A stretch of 63,873 nucleotides of DNA, filler included, from Nemertoderma westbladi (lineage: Eukaryota; Animalia; Xenacoelomorpha), in NCBI GenBank assembly GCA_032718475.1. It is 4 parts of 4 records of this genome, joined end to end, with 100 filler letters (N's around TTAATTAATTAA, not from the genome) between each part and the next. Parts side by side here need not be neighbours in the genome. Positions count along the whole stretch, not along the records: positions 1 to 20,706 come from JAUCBJ010003410.1; 3 more parts are not named here. The stretch is one strand, 5' to 3'. The translations under genes and the position numbers were made by a program. Each line of letters starts with the position of its first letter. Position 1 is the stretch's first letter. The notes beneath the pieces are model-generated. The model was not told the origin of the DNA. It worked only from the letters and a program-made list of their open reading frames with translations, and did no database searches. Below, one piece after another: positions 1-12,207 of the stretch.

Positions 1-154
1 GCGAACAAATTATTGAATACAGAATATTTTCATGATCTTAGAGTACCGGTACAGCCTGCTGGCCTGCCAGAAGTAGTACTGTAGTAGTCTGGTGGTAGTA
101 GTACTAGCAGAGCTACTACTACTAGGATCGGCATGCTGCATTGCAGCTGCATTT

Positions 155-808
155 TTAAGAATGCTGTGCCGGCTTGTCAACAAAATTGCACCGCCACAAC
201 TCCCTATCACCCATGAGATTTGCTAGATCATCCGCATCTTCAAGGCCAGTGTCCTTTAAGATGCGTCTCAAGAAAGTCATGGGCTGTCCACCATGCTTAT
301 TCACTCCATGAGGCTGCCAAGGTACAAGATTATGCACTGGCTGGTCCTCACGGCGAAAGCAATGTCCTGCAAAGCGGAGGCGATTTTGTTCTAGTGTCAA
401 GCTTGGGGGAACCAATGAAACACCTACAATGTTATATAGTGTCTGGTTGGAGATGTCAGGATGTGTGCATTGTACTTGACACAATGAACCCGGCGTTGCA
501 TTCTTGTGAATGTGCCATCCAGAGATTTGGTGTCCTCAGCAGTTAGAGCCCAGCATGGACTCCCGTAGAGGAGTACTGGAACTACAGCTGCTCTAAATAA
601 TCGGACCTTAATGCCTTACTGGACTGCCCATGCCTTTCCCTTACGTATTCGAAGGTCCTCACCTGACTTCCGGATCCATGATCCCAGGTAACAGAAGTCG
701 TCCACATGCTCAAGCATACCATCCTTTGAGCTTATGCTCATCCGATCAGAGACTTGCTGAGGACTTTCAAAGTTAACTGTCAAAATTTTGGTCTTTCTGG
801 AGTTAAGC
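155..808 (-). mobile_element. RTE-clade non-LTR retrotransposon, 3' fragment (degenerate)
   Basis: ORF 155-484 carries RLRFAGHCFR..WQP..G..TF..ILKDTG..LM.DRELWR, typical of RTE C-termini. Positions 560-800 are the reverse complement of 63590-63873, which encodes the RT thumb region of the same family. Confidence 0.85.
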
Positions 809-1217
809 AGAGCAGTAGCACAGTAAGTACCCAGTAGTGCAGTAGTAGTAGTCTTCTAACTGTAGTACAGTAGTACAGTTAGTTCAGTAATTAGGACTTG
901 CAGACTTGTACAGTAGACAAGTAGCGGTACAGCAGTAGCCACGTAGACTGTCAGACTATAGGAATAGCTGAATATGGAATACTGTAGTACAGTAGTAGGT
1001 AGGGTAGGATGGATAAGATTAATTTAATTTCAACTTACCAAAAATAGGTACCGGTATTCATAAACTGAAAATACTAAACTTAGTTCTAGCCTATTAGTTA
1101 GTTTAGCAGTGCGCGCGTACTGCCACTAGTATGTCTCTGTTAGTTGAAACAAAATTGGAACATAATTGAAACAAATTAGGAGCCACGTAATGGTGTCCTA
1201 CCTGCAATGCTATGTAT

Positions 1218-1417
1218 GTATGCCAGTGAAACAAATTTGAAACAAATTAGGAGGGCCGTAATGATAGTCTACCGGAGAATTGGAACAATGATGGGCTACG
1301 GAGCTCAAAAAATTGGAACAATGTTAAGTATGCCAGTGAAACAAATTTGAAACAAATTAGGAGAGCCGTAATGATAGCCTACCGGAAGAATTGGAACAAT
1401 GATGGGCTACGGAGCTG
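1218..1417. repeat. Tandem duplication of an ~90-110 bp unit
   Basis: GTATGCCAGTGAAACAAATTTGAAACAAATTAGGAG..GGGCTACGGAGCT occurs at ~1218 and ~1328, with a partial copy at ~1145. Confidence 0.85.
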
Positions 1418-2049
1418 CCTGGGTTGTTTGGCTGAACCAGTGGTGGCACGGATGAGGGGGTAAGAAAAGGGGGAAGGATCTAAAAATAGCACCCAATAGG
1501 AAGCTTCTAGCTTCTTGCATTGCTACAGCTACCGGTACCTTGCTTGGCCTCTAAGCTGGCTCTGGCATAACCCTTATTTTCGCATACGAATAAAGGTAAT
1601 GTTTTAAAGATCTGATGTGTAAAACGCGTTTTCTTTTTGTGTAGTGATGTTTACGATATTATAATTAAACTAACTGCACTAACTATCTCTCATTTATTTA
1701 ATAATATATGGCAAAAAAAGCAACCAACCTATTAATTATAATAATTTACAATAGTTATCGAATGTTCTAGGATGTAAATACTTAGCATTATTTTATAGGA
1801 AACTATTATCAAAAAACGGTTCTTGTAAAAAAGGTTTTGGCGAAAACTGTTACGGCATGTATTTCTATTTTCTGCTACGGCATGATTGCTCCGAGAATGT
1901 TTGCCGTGGAGTCTGAATAAGGTAGAAAAAGTAGGGGTGGGTGTGTTTGTTAGGTTCGGGCGGTCGGTGCGGGTAAAGGGTTTGGGAGGGAGGGAGGGAG
2001 GGTCGGTAGGGGTAGGTGAGTGCAGGTAATTAGGTGTGTAGGGGTAGGG

Positions 2050-2910
2050 GTGGTTGGGTGCGGTTAAGTACAGTAGACGTGCTTGCTTAGTTTGGTGTGT
2101 GGGTGCGGTTAAGTAGACGTGCTTGCTTAGTTTGGTGTGTGGGTGCGGTTAAGTAGACGTGCTTAGGTTGGTGGGTGGGTGCCGTTAAGTAGACGTGCTT
2201 ATGTAGGTTGGTGGGTGCGGTTCAGTAGACGTGCTTAGGAGGGTGGGTGGGTGCAGTTAAGTAGGTGTGCTTAGGTGGGTTGGTGGTGCGGTTAAGTGTA
2301 GGGGTGCTTAGGTGTGTGGGTGGGAGCGGGTAAGTAGACGTGCTTAAGTAGGTGGGTGGGTGCGGGTTAGTAGACGTGCTTAGGTGGGTGGGTGCGGTTA
2401 AGTAGACGTGCTTGGGTGGGTGCGGTTAAGTAGACGTGCTTAGGAGGGTGGGTGGGTGGGTGCGGTTAAGTTGGTGTGCTTAGGTGTGTGGGTGGGTGCG
2501 GTTAAGTAGACGTGCTTATGTAGGTGGGTGGGTGCGGGTAAGTAGACGTCCTTAGGTGGGTGGGTGCGGTTAAGTAGACGTGCTCGGGTGGGTGCGGTTA
2601 AGTAGACGTGCTTAGGAGGGTGGGTGCAGTTAAGTATGTGTGCTTAGGTGGGTGGGTGGGTGTGGTTAAGTAGACGTGCTTAGGTGGGTGCGGTTATATA
2701 GGTGTGCTTAGGTAGGTGGGTGGGTGCGGGTAAGTATACGTGCTTGGGTGGATGGGTGGGTGCGGTTAAGTAGACGTGCTTAGGTGTGTGGGTGGGAGCG
2801 GGTAAGTCGTGCTTAGGTGGGTGGGAGGGTACGTGTAAGTATGTATGTAGGAATGGGTATGTATGGTTAAGTACAGTAGGTGTGTAATGATAGGTGGGTG
2901 GGTGGGGGTG
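2050..2910. repeat. G-rich minisatellite, core GGTGGGTGCGGTTAAGTAGACGTGCTTA (variable ~28-40 bp)
   Basis: About 20 direct copies are visible, with a variable number of GGGT subunits. Confidence 0.95.
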
Positions 2911-3699
2911 AGTTTAGCAACTATTCAGTAGTATTACCACTTCTCAATAAGGTAGACAGATGTATGTTTACAGTATAGAACGGTCGTAAAATAGAGGCGT
3001 CCCATTGGATGCTATTTATAGATCCATACCCCTTTTCTTTCCCCCTCTTCCCCCTTTTCTTACGCGCTCTTACCCCCAGCACAGAGAAGATCTTCCCCCA
3101 GCTCGCGCGCGGTGCCTGTACTAATCTTCTATCTTTCAAAAAAGCTTTCAGTTTCAACTTTAAGACCGGTAGCTAAGCTAGTCCTGCCTGTCTGAATGTT
3201 TATTGCTTTACTGTACTTTTATCAGAATAGCCCACATTATTAAATCCATCAATTTTATTGAATTGGCCACTAAAACAATTGCCTTTTCCACTAAATTAAA
3301 ATGTTTTTTCCACCTTTAAATGTTTTTCACTAAATTTTCGTCATTATATATACAAAAAGTGGGTGAAAAATAGGATGAAAATGAACATGCTGGTTCCTAA
3401 AATTTGGTATCGGAAAATAACGGAGGAGTAGTCATTTTATTGAAATTTTTAAAATCTCACGCAGGCCGCAACGGGGCGCAAAAATTTTTTTTGTTAATTT
3501 GTATGTACAGTACTTTTGATGATTCTCTTTTCGATGGTAGGCCTATAGCCTAGAGTATATCGTAGTCCAGGCATTATTCAACAACATTGGAGATGTTTGT
3601 TGATCTCACCCTTAAATAAAATATTTTTGGCCACCATCGTGCCAACAACAATTGGCAAGCCCAATTCAGCGTGCATTAAGAATTATATGCCGGCTTATC

Positions 3700-3940
3700 A
3701 ACAATGTTGCACCGCCACAACTCCCTATATCCCCCATGACTTTCGCGAGATTATCCGCATCTTCAAGGCCAGTGTCCTTTAGTCTGGTCGTCGAGGCGAA
3801 AGCAAATGTCCTGCAAAGTGGGGGAGGCTTTGTTCAAGTGTCAAGCTTGGGGGAACCAATGAGAAACCTCCAATATGTTATTTAGTGTATATGGTTGGAG
3901 ATGTGTGTGTGCATTTGTATTTGACACAGTGAACCCGGTG
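3700..3940 (-). mobile_element. RTE-clade 3' fragment, second copy
   Basis: Near-identical to 186-495 (TTGCACCGCCACAACTCCCTAT..GGCGAAAGCAA..GTGTCAAGCTTGGGGGAACCAATG), with an internal deletion. Confidence 0.85.
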
Positions 3941-4733
3941 TAACAAATAATTTTCACTCCCCATGCAAAATCACCCCCCCCCCCCCCCCCCTCCGTTAAA
4001 TTTCCCCAGTGTATTCTTACTCCCGGTGTATCAGAACGTAAATTTCGTACCGTAATAAATATATACAGTTGATACACTGTAGAACCCTTCGAGCAGCACG
4101 TGTGTTACATGTAATAAGTAGACACTGCATGGCCCTTCGCGCATGGGGTAAGAATGGCCTACACCTTGCGGGGTTCTCCGGCTTTAGATGCTAGAGCACC
4201 TTAAATCCTGAACGAACTTAAATCTTGGGTGAATATAGATCTTTCCCATGCGAACTTAGATCCTTCCCATACGAATTTAGATCCTTCCCATAGGAACTTA
4301 AATCCCACCTTACATTTTTTGCTGTACCGTAGCTGTGTTAATGTGTTAATATGTTAATGTCATTCCCATAGGCCAGCAGACCTTACTGTAAATATTATCA
4401 CGTTTGAAGGGAAGCGAACTTAGATCCTACCACCAATACATTTGCAATGAATTATAGCTTTTCTTTGGGAAATTATAGTTTGTTGGTGAGTTTCACTGAT
4501 TGCAACTACTTTCAGTGTATGACCTACTGTATTTGCATTAGATCACTTTTATATGCTTAATGTAACACAGTACAATATACAATACTAATATATTATCGAT
4601 AGAACGAGGCTAACGCACAGTGCAATTGGGATCTAAGTTCGCTTCTCATCTTAGCGTGTGCTAAGGAATTTTTATAAATTGGGATCTAAGTTCACCTAAT
4701 ATCTAAGTTGCTTTGTTTTCAACGTGGGATCTA

Positions 4734-5048
4734 AGCCACCTTCAACAAACCATCATTGCTGGGGGGCACTCAGCTGAGGGGGCGGAGCGCATTAAAAACT
4801 CTTAAGTATCGCGACCTAATCGACCGGGACATTTCTTTCACCCCGTGGCCTTTGAGACCTTTGGCCGCCCTGGTCCAGAGACATCCACCTTCCTCCGGGA
4901 GATCGGGGCTCGTCTCCACAGTGCCACCCACGAACCGCGGTCACACCAGTTTCTGCTCCAGCGTCTGGAGATGGCAATTTTGGTTGGTATTGCAGTCTCA
5001 GTCATGGGGACAGCAACCACGCCGACCATCGGTCTATTCGGGCACTGA
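4734..5048 (+). mobile_element. 3' fragment of a CRE-like (restriction-like endonuclease) non-LTR retrotransposon inside the TIR element
   Basis: Frameshifted translation SHL..AE.AE..K..KY..L..F.PVAFETFG.PG....FL.EIGARL...T.EPRS..FLLQRL..AI..G.A.SVMGT matches the RLE C-terminus of CRE-clade elements. Confidence 0.75.
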
Positions 5049-5154
5049 AGAGCCGAAACCAATCGAAACTGTCGAAATGGTTGCCAATGGAGTCACCAAC
5101 GGGATGACGGCCGACGATATTCAATACTCTATCTTATGCAATCTCAAATATTCA

Positions 5155-5365
5155 ATGTTCGATCCCTAGATGGGGCAGTACTGTTTGGGCACAGTGCTTT
5201 AAATGCTGCAGCCTAGCCCAACCCCGGCTTTCATCCTTCAGTGGTCGATTGGGAACCAAGGCAACTTGGGAAACAGAGTGGAAGAAGGGTTTACTGTGGA
5301 AGATCACCCATGGTGGTGAACAGGCATTCCTTGGCTTAACGAGTCTAAAAGATTCTCCCATTCAA
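5155..5365 (+). mobile_element. SINE-like fragment (B-box plus central domain)
   Basis: GTTCGATCCC B-box followed by GCTTTCATCCTTCAGTGGTCGAT, resembling the conserved central domain of Meta/Sauria-type SINEs. A second copy lies at 22445-22650 (-). Confidence 0.45.
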
Positions 5366-5568
5366 ATATTCAATTCGGTACTGTACCCTCAATTCAATAT
5401 TCAATCTTAGTATTATTTCTGTGCTTCGTTATTTAATAATGTGATTAGATAAAAAAATAAATTAATGAAATATAATTCATCTGTTAATTATTACAAAAAA
5501 AAAATCCAACATTATATTAACATTTATATAGTTTTGAATTAAATGTTTCGAAATCAACACAGCAGTGT

Positions 5569-7104
5569 GGGGCGAGCCACGAAGTGAGTGAGCCTTAGCG
5601 TAGTGGTACCATTAATCCTGTCGTTCTGTCGTTCTGTCGTTCTGTCGCGTTCAATTTTAAACGTTAATAACTCGGCCAATCTTTGATGAAATCTATCCAA
5701 ACTTGGTACACATGTTGTTTGGCAAAAGTTTAGAAATTTTCCAAGTAGAATTTCCGTGTGGCCTTCGAGAAGCTAAGATAATAGCATTTAATTAGTTAAT
5801 TAAGTTGATTATGGTAAAAACACCATTTTCAACCTGCCTTTTAAAGGAAATTAATTGTTTTACAGTATAAGATTTAAATAATTATACTTAAAAATTATAC
5901 AGATGTAATCCACATACGCCATTCTATTATAGTTTTTAATTAGTTCAAGCGATTTGCTTTAATAATTGTGTCTTTAATTAATCTAAAGTAATTAAAACGG
6001 CGTAAAAAATTGATTCTCATTAAATACTGCTCATTTATTGGCCAACATGCTGGTACATAGATGGAAGGATGTGTGTTAAGGCAGCCAGGTGCTGGGAATG
6101 ATTATTGGTCAAGTCTCTGCTGGTGTGGAGCTAGCTGGGAGTTGTGGCTGTAGACTAACCAGAGAGGAATTGACTATTGACTCTACTATAAGTGTTGTAT
6201 TGCTATCTCAGGTAAATGACAGATATAATAACATAAATACAATCCATGGCATGGCTGAAATAGTTCTTCTGAAATAGTTTATTCCACAATATATGTCTGG
6301 TTATTTTTTAATTGAATTTTTGCAAAGTAGTAAAATTAATGTTCTTAAAAATAATATTATTATTTTATATGTAACCTAGGAAATTAGCTACATTTTTTCG
6401 CTGCAGCTTTAAGAGTGTACATTGATTTAATATTATTTCAATACCCATATTACTACATCGGCATAAGATGCGTTGGCGTTGTATCACACATCTCCACATA
6501 TCACACATCTCCACATAGATGTATCAACAGTTACTCGCACAGTTTCGAAACTTCGCATAGTTATAACTGTATAAAGATCGTCAGTCTGCGTTTAGGAAAA
6601 ATATTTTATGACAAAACAGGACAAGCGACGAGCGCAACGAGGCATATAAAGAAGACGAGAACTGCGTTGACTATATTATTATATAAACCACCTGGCTTCA
6701 CATATTGATCGCATCCCTAGTTATTATTATTATAAAGATCGTCCTAGCCTGCGTTTAAGAAATATATTTAAATACAAAACAGGACGAACGCAAAGAGGCT
6801 TATAATGAAAACGAGTACTGCGTTTATTATATTCCTATAAACCACCTGGCTTTGCATATTTAAAGTGCGATTGGAAATAAGTTCGTGCTACCCTTCCGTG
6901 GGTGGTAGATGTCGCGGTTATGTATTGGTGGTTGGGAAGGGTGGGGGGGGGGGAGATTAAAAGGGGTGGACACGTACTGTCCCCCTTTCTTTGATTGATT
7001 GGTGGTGTGGGTAAATTTCTCAAAACCTGATTTTGTGATACAGTCGCTCAATTTTGATTTGTATCTAATAACTGGGCCTCGTGCTGCGCGAAGGCCCCAC
7101 GAAC
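5569..7104 (+). mobile_element. Helentron/DINE-1-like non-autonomous element
   Basis: Absent from the sister copy (empty site CAGCAGTGTC, reverse complement at ~22221). Starts TGTGGGGCGAGCCACGAAG, carries a (TGTCGTTC)n microsatellite and the AAACTTGGTACACATG core, and ends GCGCGAAGGCCCCACGAACGTGT. Contains ~160 bp tandem repeats at 6570-6860. Confidence 0.7.
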
Positions 7105-7726
7105 GTGTCATATATCGCGTATCCCTTGGTTTAATCACTATTCTTTATTCAAATATAACTGAATCCTGGCCCACCGCCTTCACCCTCCACTGATAATTTA
7201 AAATCGTAACTCATTCAATCTTTGACTAAATTATACCAAACTTGGTAAACATGTAATCTTTGTCTATCGGCTAAAATAAACACAACTTGCGAAAGTTTCC
7301 CCTATAATGTTTTTTCCTATAGAACAGGATGCAGTTTTATTTTAGTAGTAAACAAGCTGTTATTTGCGTCGATTTTCACCTGGAGAGGGAAGAATATTGA
7401 TTGCGCCGCCGCCCCCCCCCCCCCCCCCCCCCCACCCCTACCTGCAGTTAAGTGAAAATATTTCGGCACCATTTAATTTTATTATCACGGTCGCGCATCA
7501 AGTAGTCTGTCAAATCAAAACATAACAAAATTAATTATAATTCTAAAAAAAATATAAGGCATATTTTCCTAAAGTTAGCTCTTTAGTCTTTAGGTAGCAA
7601 TCTTATACATTGACATATACATAAAATTGATTTTGAATAATTATTATTAAGATTAAAATATATTATTAGGAATTCGAAGAAAGCAAATTGTATTGAGTTA
7701 GTATTGGCAAGTTAATCTCACAAGCC

Positions 7727-7960
7727 GGTTATCGTTCATATGCGTACCTCTGGCAAAAGAAGCAGGTTACAGTGGTGGTGTTTTCTAACCAAAACAATAA
7801 ACTAATCTCCATTACTTAATTAACGGAAAGGAGCAGGTTACAGTGGTGGGCTTTTCTAACCAAAACAATAAACAATATCTCAATAACATAGGGTATTTCA
7901 TACTTATAGTCTTATTTTTGCAATACGAAAATACCAGAGGTACGCATATGAACTATAACT
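7727..7960. mobile_element. GG-ended MITE with 8-bp TSD (Merlin-like)
   Basis: TIR GGTTATCGTTCATATGCGTACC / GGTACGCATATGAACTATAAC, flanked by CACAAGCC on both sides. Empty site in the sister copy at ~21595; second copy at 38784-38992. Confidence 0.8.
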
Positions 7961-10305
7961 CACAAGCCAGTCTAGTCTAACTTTAGAGTAGCCTTGTTCG
8001 CATTGTTCCAGGTTTAGGCCTATAGATTCCACCCTCTTCGTTCCAGGTTTAATTCTGTAATAGACAACGTTATCCATCTCGATCGCTTCGCTATGCACCA
8101 TCTTACTGGGTTTAATAAACTCCATCGCCTTCCTGTCGTTCTCTGTTTTGTAGATTTCTTCGCCACCGTCTGATCGCTTTGGTTGCGTGTTTAACTGTTT
8201 AATATGTAATAGACTCCGTCGCCATCGTATCGTTCTGGATAGATTGAATAGACTCCATAGTCCATCGCGATTGTTTCATTGTTTACGTGTAATTGACTCC
8301 GTCGCCTCCTCGGATTAGGAATCCGGCCGGGTTTCGTAGATTCCGCCATCGTTCAGCAGTTCAGTGTTTTTAATCAAAGCCAGAATTCCGGCACCGGCAC
8401 CACGATCAACGATTTCGGAAGTAACAGACTCCGTCAACAACACTCGGCTGCTCGGGGTTTAAAAAATACAACTATCGGGCAACTTGTAACTGGCAGACTG
8501 GGCGATCATCTATCTGATAGTTGAAAAAGACTGTCAGACAGTTGGTATCAGACTATCTGATAGTTAGCGCCCCAAGGGTAAATCCTTACCCCATGGGCTG
8601 TTACCTCTCTGACTGAAGCGCAACAGCCCCTATAGCAATCTTCCGTCTGTACAAAATACAATTATTATTGTTGTAATAAATTAGGCGCCTAAGCAGGGCA
8701 GCCTAATAAGTAATAATAACGAATGAGAACCCAATGTCTGAATGTTGTCAATGTGCTGATGTGGAGCAGACAGCTCTCTTAATTCTGTAATTACACTGCT
8801 ACTTACTTTACCTCCACACTGAACCTCAAATAGGATGTTGTCTTTGCAACGATATTCTGGGCTTGGCTAGCCAGTGTGTTATTTTATTAGTAGTATATTT
8901 TGTATGTTAATAAAACATACAAGAAATGTTAGCAAGAAATGTATCTTCTCCTTCAATTCTAAATCAAATAAAGCGAAATTTTGCAGAAAGCATGTCCAAT
9001 AGATGCTACATATGTCAGTATGGGGTGTCGACAGAATTTTGATTAAGTGAATTCTACGATTATGATCGGTCATTCTAGAATTAATTTCACTGTTGCTAGG
9101 CAACCAACAGTTCCCTCGCAACCAAAACCTTGCATACCCAACTACTGTAGGTCTGATAATGAACCTTATCATAAAAGTATCAACCAATTAATTCAACATT
9201 ATGTGCAAGAAAAGTTGTGTGTACAAACACACAAACAAAACACTTGTGAGAAATACTGTAGGGACATCCATATATTGGATCGCCTTCCAACGTCTACAAA
9301 AACAATATATTCCATATAAAAACGTATATTATAACAAAATAAATTCAGTTATTCTGCCCTCGTGTGTGTTGAATTTTCCACTCGTTAACATTTTAACACT
9401 CGCTTCGCTCGTGCTAAAACTCGTGTAAACTCAACCACTCGGACAGACTAGTTGAATATTTCCCTAAATTGAAAATGAGAAGATGATTTTCCGCTTACTT
9501 TTTTTTCATCGGATAATAGTCCTTAAATTGACACCCACCTGCCCACCCCGCAATGTATAATTAATTGTTATTTATATTTTAGAAATTTATTTATAGCAAT
9601 ATATATATTTTTAGCAATTTATCTTGTCTCCATGTCTTCATTTTCATTTTGGCATAATGGTACTGCCAGACTGCAGCTGAACTGGCTGTGGCTGACTGGT
9701 GCAGTGGTGTGGTCACTGTGGTACCGGTACCATGCTGACATGTACAACAAAATCTTCAATGCTGCAATGTGCAATGAATTCATGGAATTGTGCGATTTTG
9801 CAAAAAATGTTGGACTCTTAATTTGTTTGTTAATTTATTTGTTCTCTTAATTCTAATGTATATTTGTAATTTTTAGTGTATGTATCTGACTTTATCGACT
9901 GTTATGTAATTTGCTGTGTATACTCGTGATTTTACAGACGTCACTTTAACCCTTTAGCAAGCAAGACATTTTATTAGTAACCATTTTTATAAGAACACTA
10001 TTTTAATTTAACTGCGTCCTTTTATGTTTCAATTGTTTTATATATGTTTTTGTCATTGTTTCGTAAACATGGTCGGTATTGGTCGCAATACTTAATTACT
10101 TACCGGTACTGTTATAATTACTTTCAGTTGGACTTTCTTTTGGTGTGTACGGGTTCCATAAGCATTAGCTTTCTTATACCCAAACTATTAAACATTAAAC
10201 ATTAAACATTTGGATAGGCCTATTACTTCTGTACTTACTGTTATTGTGTTGACTGCAGTTTTGTATTGCAGCAGTACCGGTGACTGCAGGACTGTCTGAC
10301 TTACA

Positions 10306-10934
10306 ATGAAGATGGCCCAAGCGATCCGAACATTAGAGCACTCAACTCTGAAACTTCCTTACGAATCGATGAACAAAAAGTTCCGTTCGACCCAGAAAGT
10401 ATTAGACCGCGAAATTAGTCATGTGAGCGGAGCGATTGCGGTGTTGGATACGAGGTTGGCGGTGGTTGAGACCGTTAAAGAGCAGCTGAAGGATGAAACC
10501 GTTAAAGAGCAGCTGAAGAATGAAACCGTTAAAGAGCAGCTGAAAGATGAAACAGTTAAAAATGATGTCAAGGTGGAAAACAATGACGAGGAATCTAAGG
10601 AAGATACAGCTACCGGTAAATATGAACTGAATGGACAAGAAAATCTTCAAGAGGATCACAAGAATGAAGGGAAAGATATCGTTAACGAAGATAAAAACTC
10701 AAGGAAGGGTGTTGATAACGGGTCAGTTGTGGCTCTAATAGACGGAGTTGTAGAGAAACTGATATCTCTGAAACGGAAGTCCGTAGAGGCATTCGAAGAT
10801 GAGATGGCCGCGGCGACTTGTTGTCTCAAACGGGTAGTCCATCTTAAAGGACACGATGAGGTCTGGAGTAAGAACGGATTGGCCGATTGGAAAGCCAAGC
10901 GGTTTGATAGGATGCTAGTAGATTACTTTCTCAG
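10306..10934 (+). CDS. MAEA: MAEA/GID9 (CTLH E3 ligase RING subunit), coding exon 1
   Basis: LEHSTLKLPYESMNKKFRSTQKVLDRE..SVVALIDGVVEKL..LKRKSVE..WK.KRFDRMLVDYFLR matches the MAEA N-terminus and LisH start. Donor AG|GTACCC at 10935 (phase 2). Confidence 0.95.
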
Positions 10935-11972
10935 GTACCCAATCAGCCAATATTGTTCTGTTGTTGGTATACCCGTTACCGGTACTTACCAGCATACCGA
11001 CTCCCTCACTAGTACCTACTGTGTGTCGTAGTAAATTATTATTATTCCCGTTTCTGAAATTCCCTAGAATCATGAAAATATATTTATCATTATGTTTCTA
11101 GCTGTCTAGAGAGCCTAGACTCTCTTTTCGTTGTGGTGTATAATAAATACACCACACCATGCGACCGGAATATTTGTATTGTTGTGTCGTAATTCAGTGA
11201 CATGGATCCCCCTCCCCAATTGGTCTACAAATCGTAATAAGATTGCATCCTCCTTATCTGCCTTTAGCAGAATATTTATTTTCCTTATCAATCTTTAGTT
11301 ACAAGAGTTTGAAAAAGATGTCTCCGTCAATATTTTTCCTGCTACCACGCTGTTTTTCATAAACCTTATAGAGATTTTCTGTTGCAAATGGAAATATGAG
11401 CATTCGAAAGTTACAATAAAAATTATGTAACAATAAAGTCAAATAAAACTAATCTATTTCCTGTATGTATAGGTAGGATCATAATATTTATTTTTTATTA
11501 CATGGGAATAATTATAATCTTTTTTCACCCTTCAACACTGCAATAATATTTAAGAAATTCCACCAACAATATTTCATTTAACTTTTTGCCCGGAAAAAAA
11601 GGTAACAGTTTTAAGTTATTATTAGAAAATTTAATAACTATAATCCCAAGCTAATACTATATTATACAAATTTAATGAGTGAGTCATAAGTACCGGTACC
11701 TCTATAAATAGGTTTTTAAAACGTTCCGCTGGTTGGGAGCAAAAATAAACCTTTGTATTGCAACCGTAACCTGTCCTATTGACTCTTTTTTTATTATTTT
11801 GGTTAGAATAAAGCGCCACAGATCATGGTTTCTTTCACTGTATGGTGTATGGATTATTACATTGTTAATTTCCCGTTAGGCATCACCCTCCATCAGCTGT
11901 CTTCTTAATTTTATTATATGTATAAAATTTATCGCTAAATTTATTATAATATTCGTAATAATCTAATCCCAG

Positions 11973-12199
11973 GAAGAATTTCTTCGACACCGGTATAAAA
12001 CTCGCGGAATCCTCTGGGATTCGGGAACTCACAAACATCGATATGTTTATCGTGTCGCGAGAGATTGAGGAGTGTCTCCGTGTTGGGGACACGGGTCCCG
12101 CGCTTCAGTGGTGTCATGACAACCGCTCGAAACTACGGAGGATCAAATCCAAACTCGAGTTTAAACTCAGGGAACAGGAATTCATTGAATTAATTAAAG
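11973..12199 (+). CDS. MAEA: MAEA coding exon 2 (LisH/CTLH)
   Basis: Acceptor CCCAG|G; reads RKNFFDTGIKLAESSGIRELTNIDMF..ALQWCHDNRSKLRRIKSKLEFKLREQEFIELIK; donor G|GTATGG at 12200. Phases are consistent with exons 1 and 3. Confidence 0.95.
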
Positions 12200-12207
12200 G
12201 TATGGTC

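Larger units (their letters stand above)
4734..8629 (-). mobile_element. Composite non-autonomous TIR element, copy 1 (one TIR lost, two nested insertions)
   Basis: 4734-5565 and 7105-8629 are the reverse complement of 20807-23075. The copy ends in the TIR GGCTGTTACCTCTCTGACTGA(C)AGCGCAACAGCCC at ~8577-8629. Confidence 0.85.

Noticed and set aside
9340-9460. Imperfect palindromic CACTCGCTTCGCTCGTG segment, possibly a small non-autonomous element
   Set aside because: Boundaries and TSD could not be defined.
10935-11031. ORF-track C-terminal extensions of exons (e.g. MAEA YPISQY.., DENND1 39203-39389)
   Set aside because: Read-through into introns past clear GT donors; homology stops at the splice sites.
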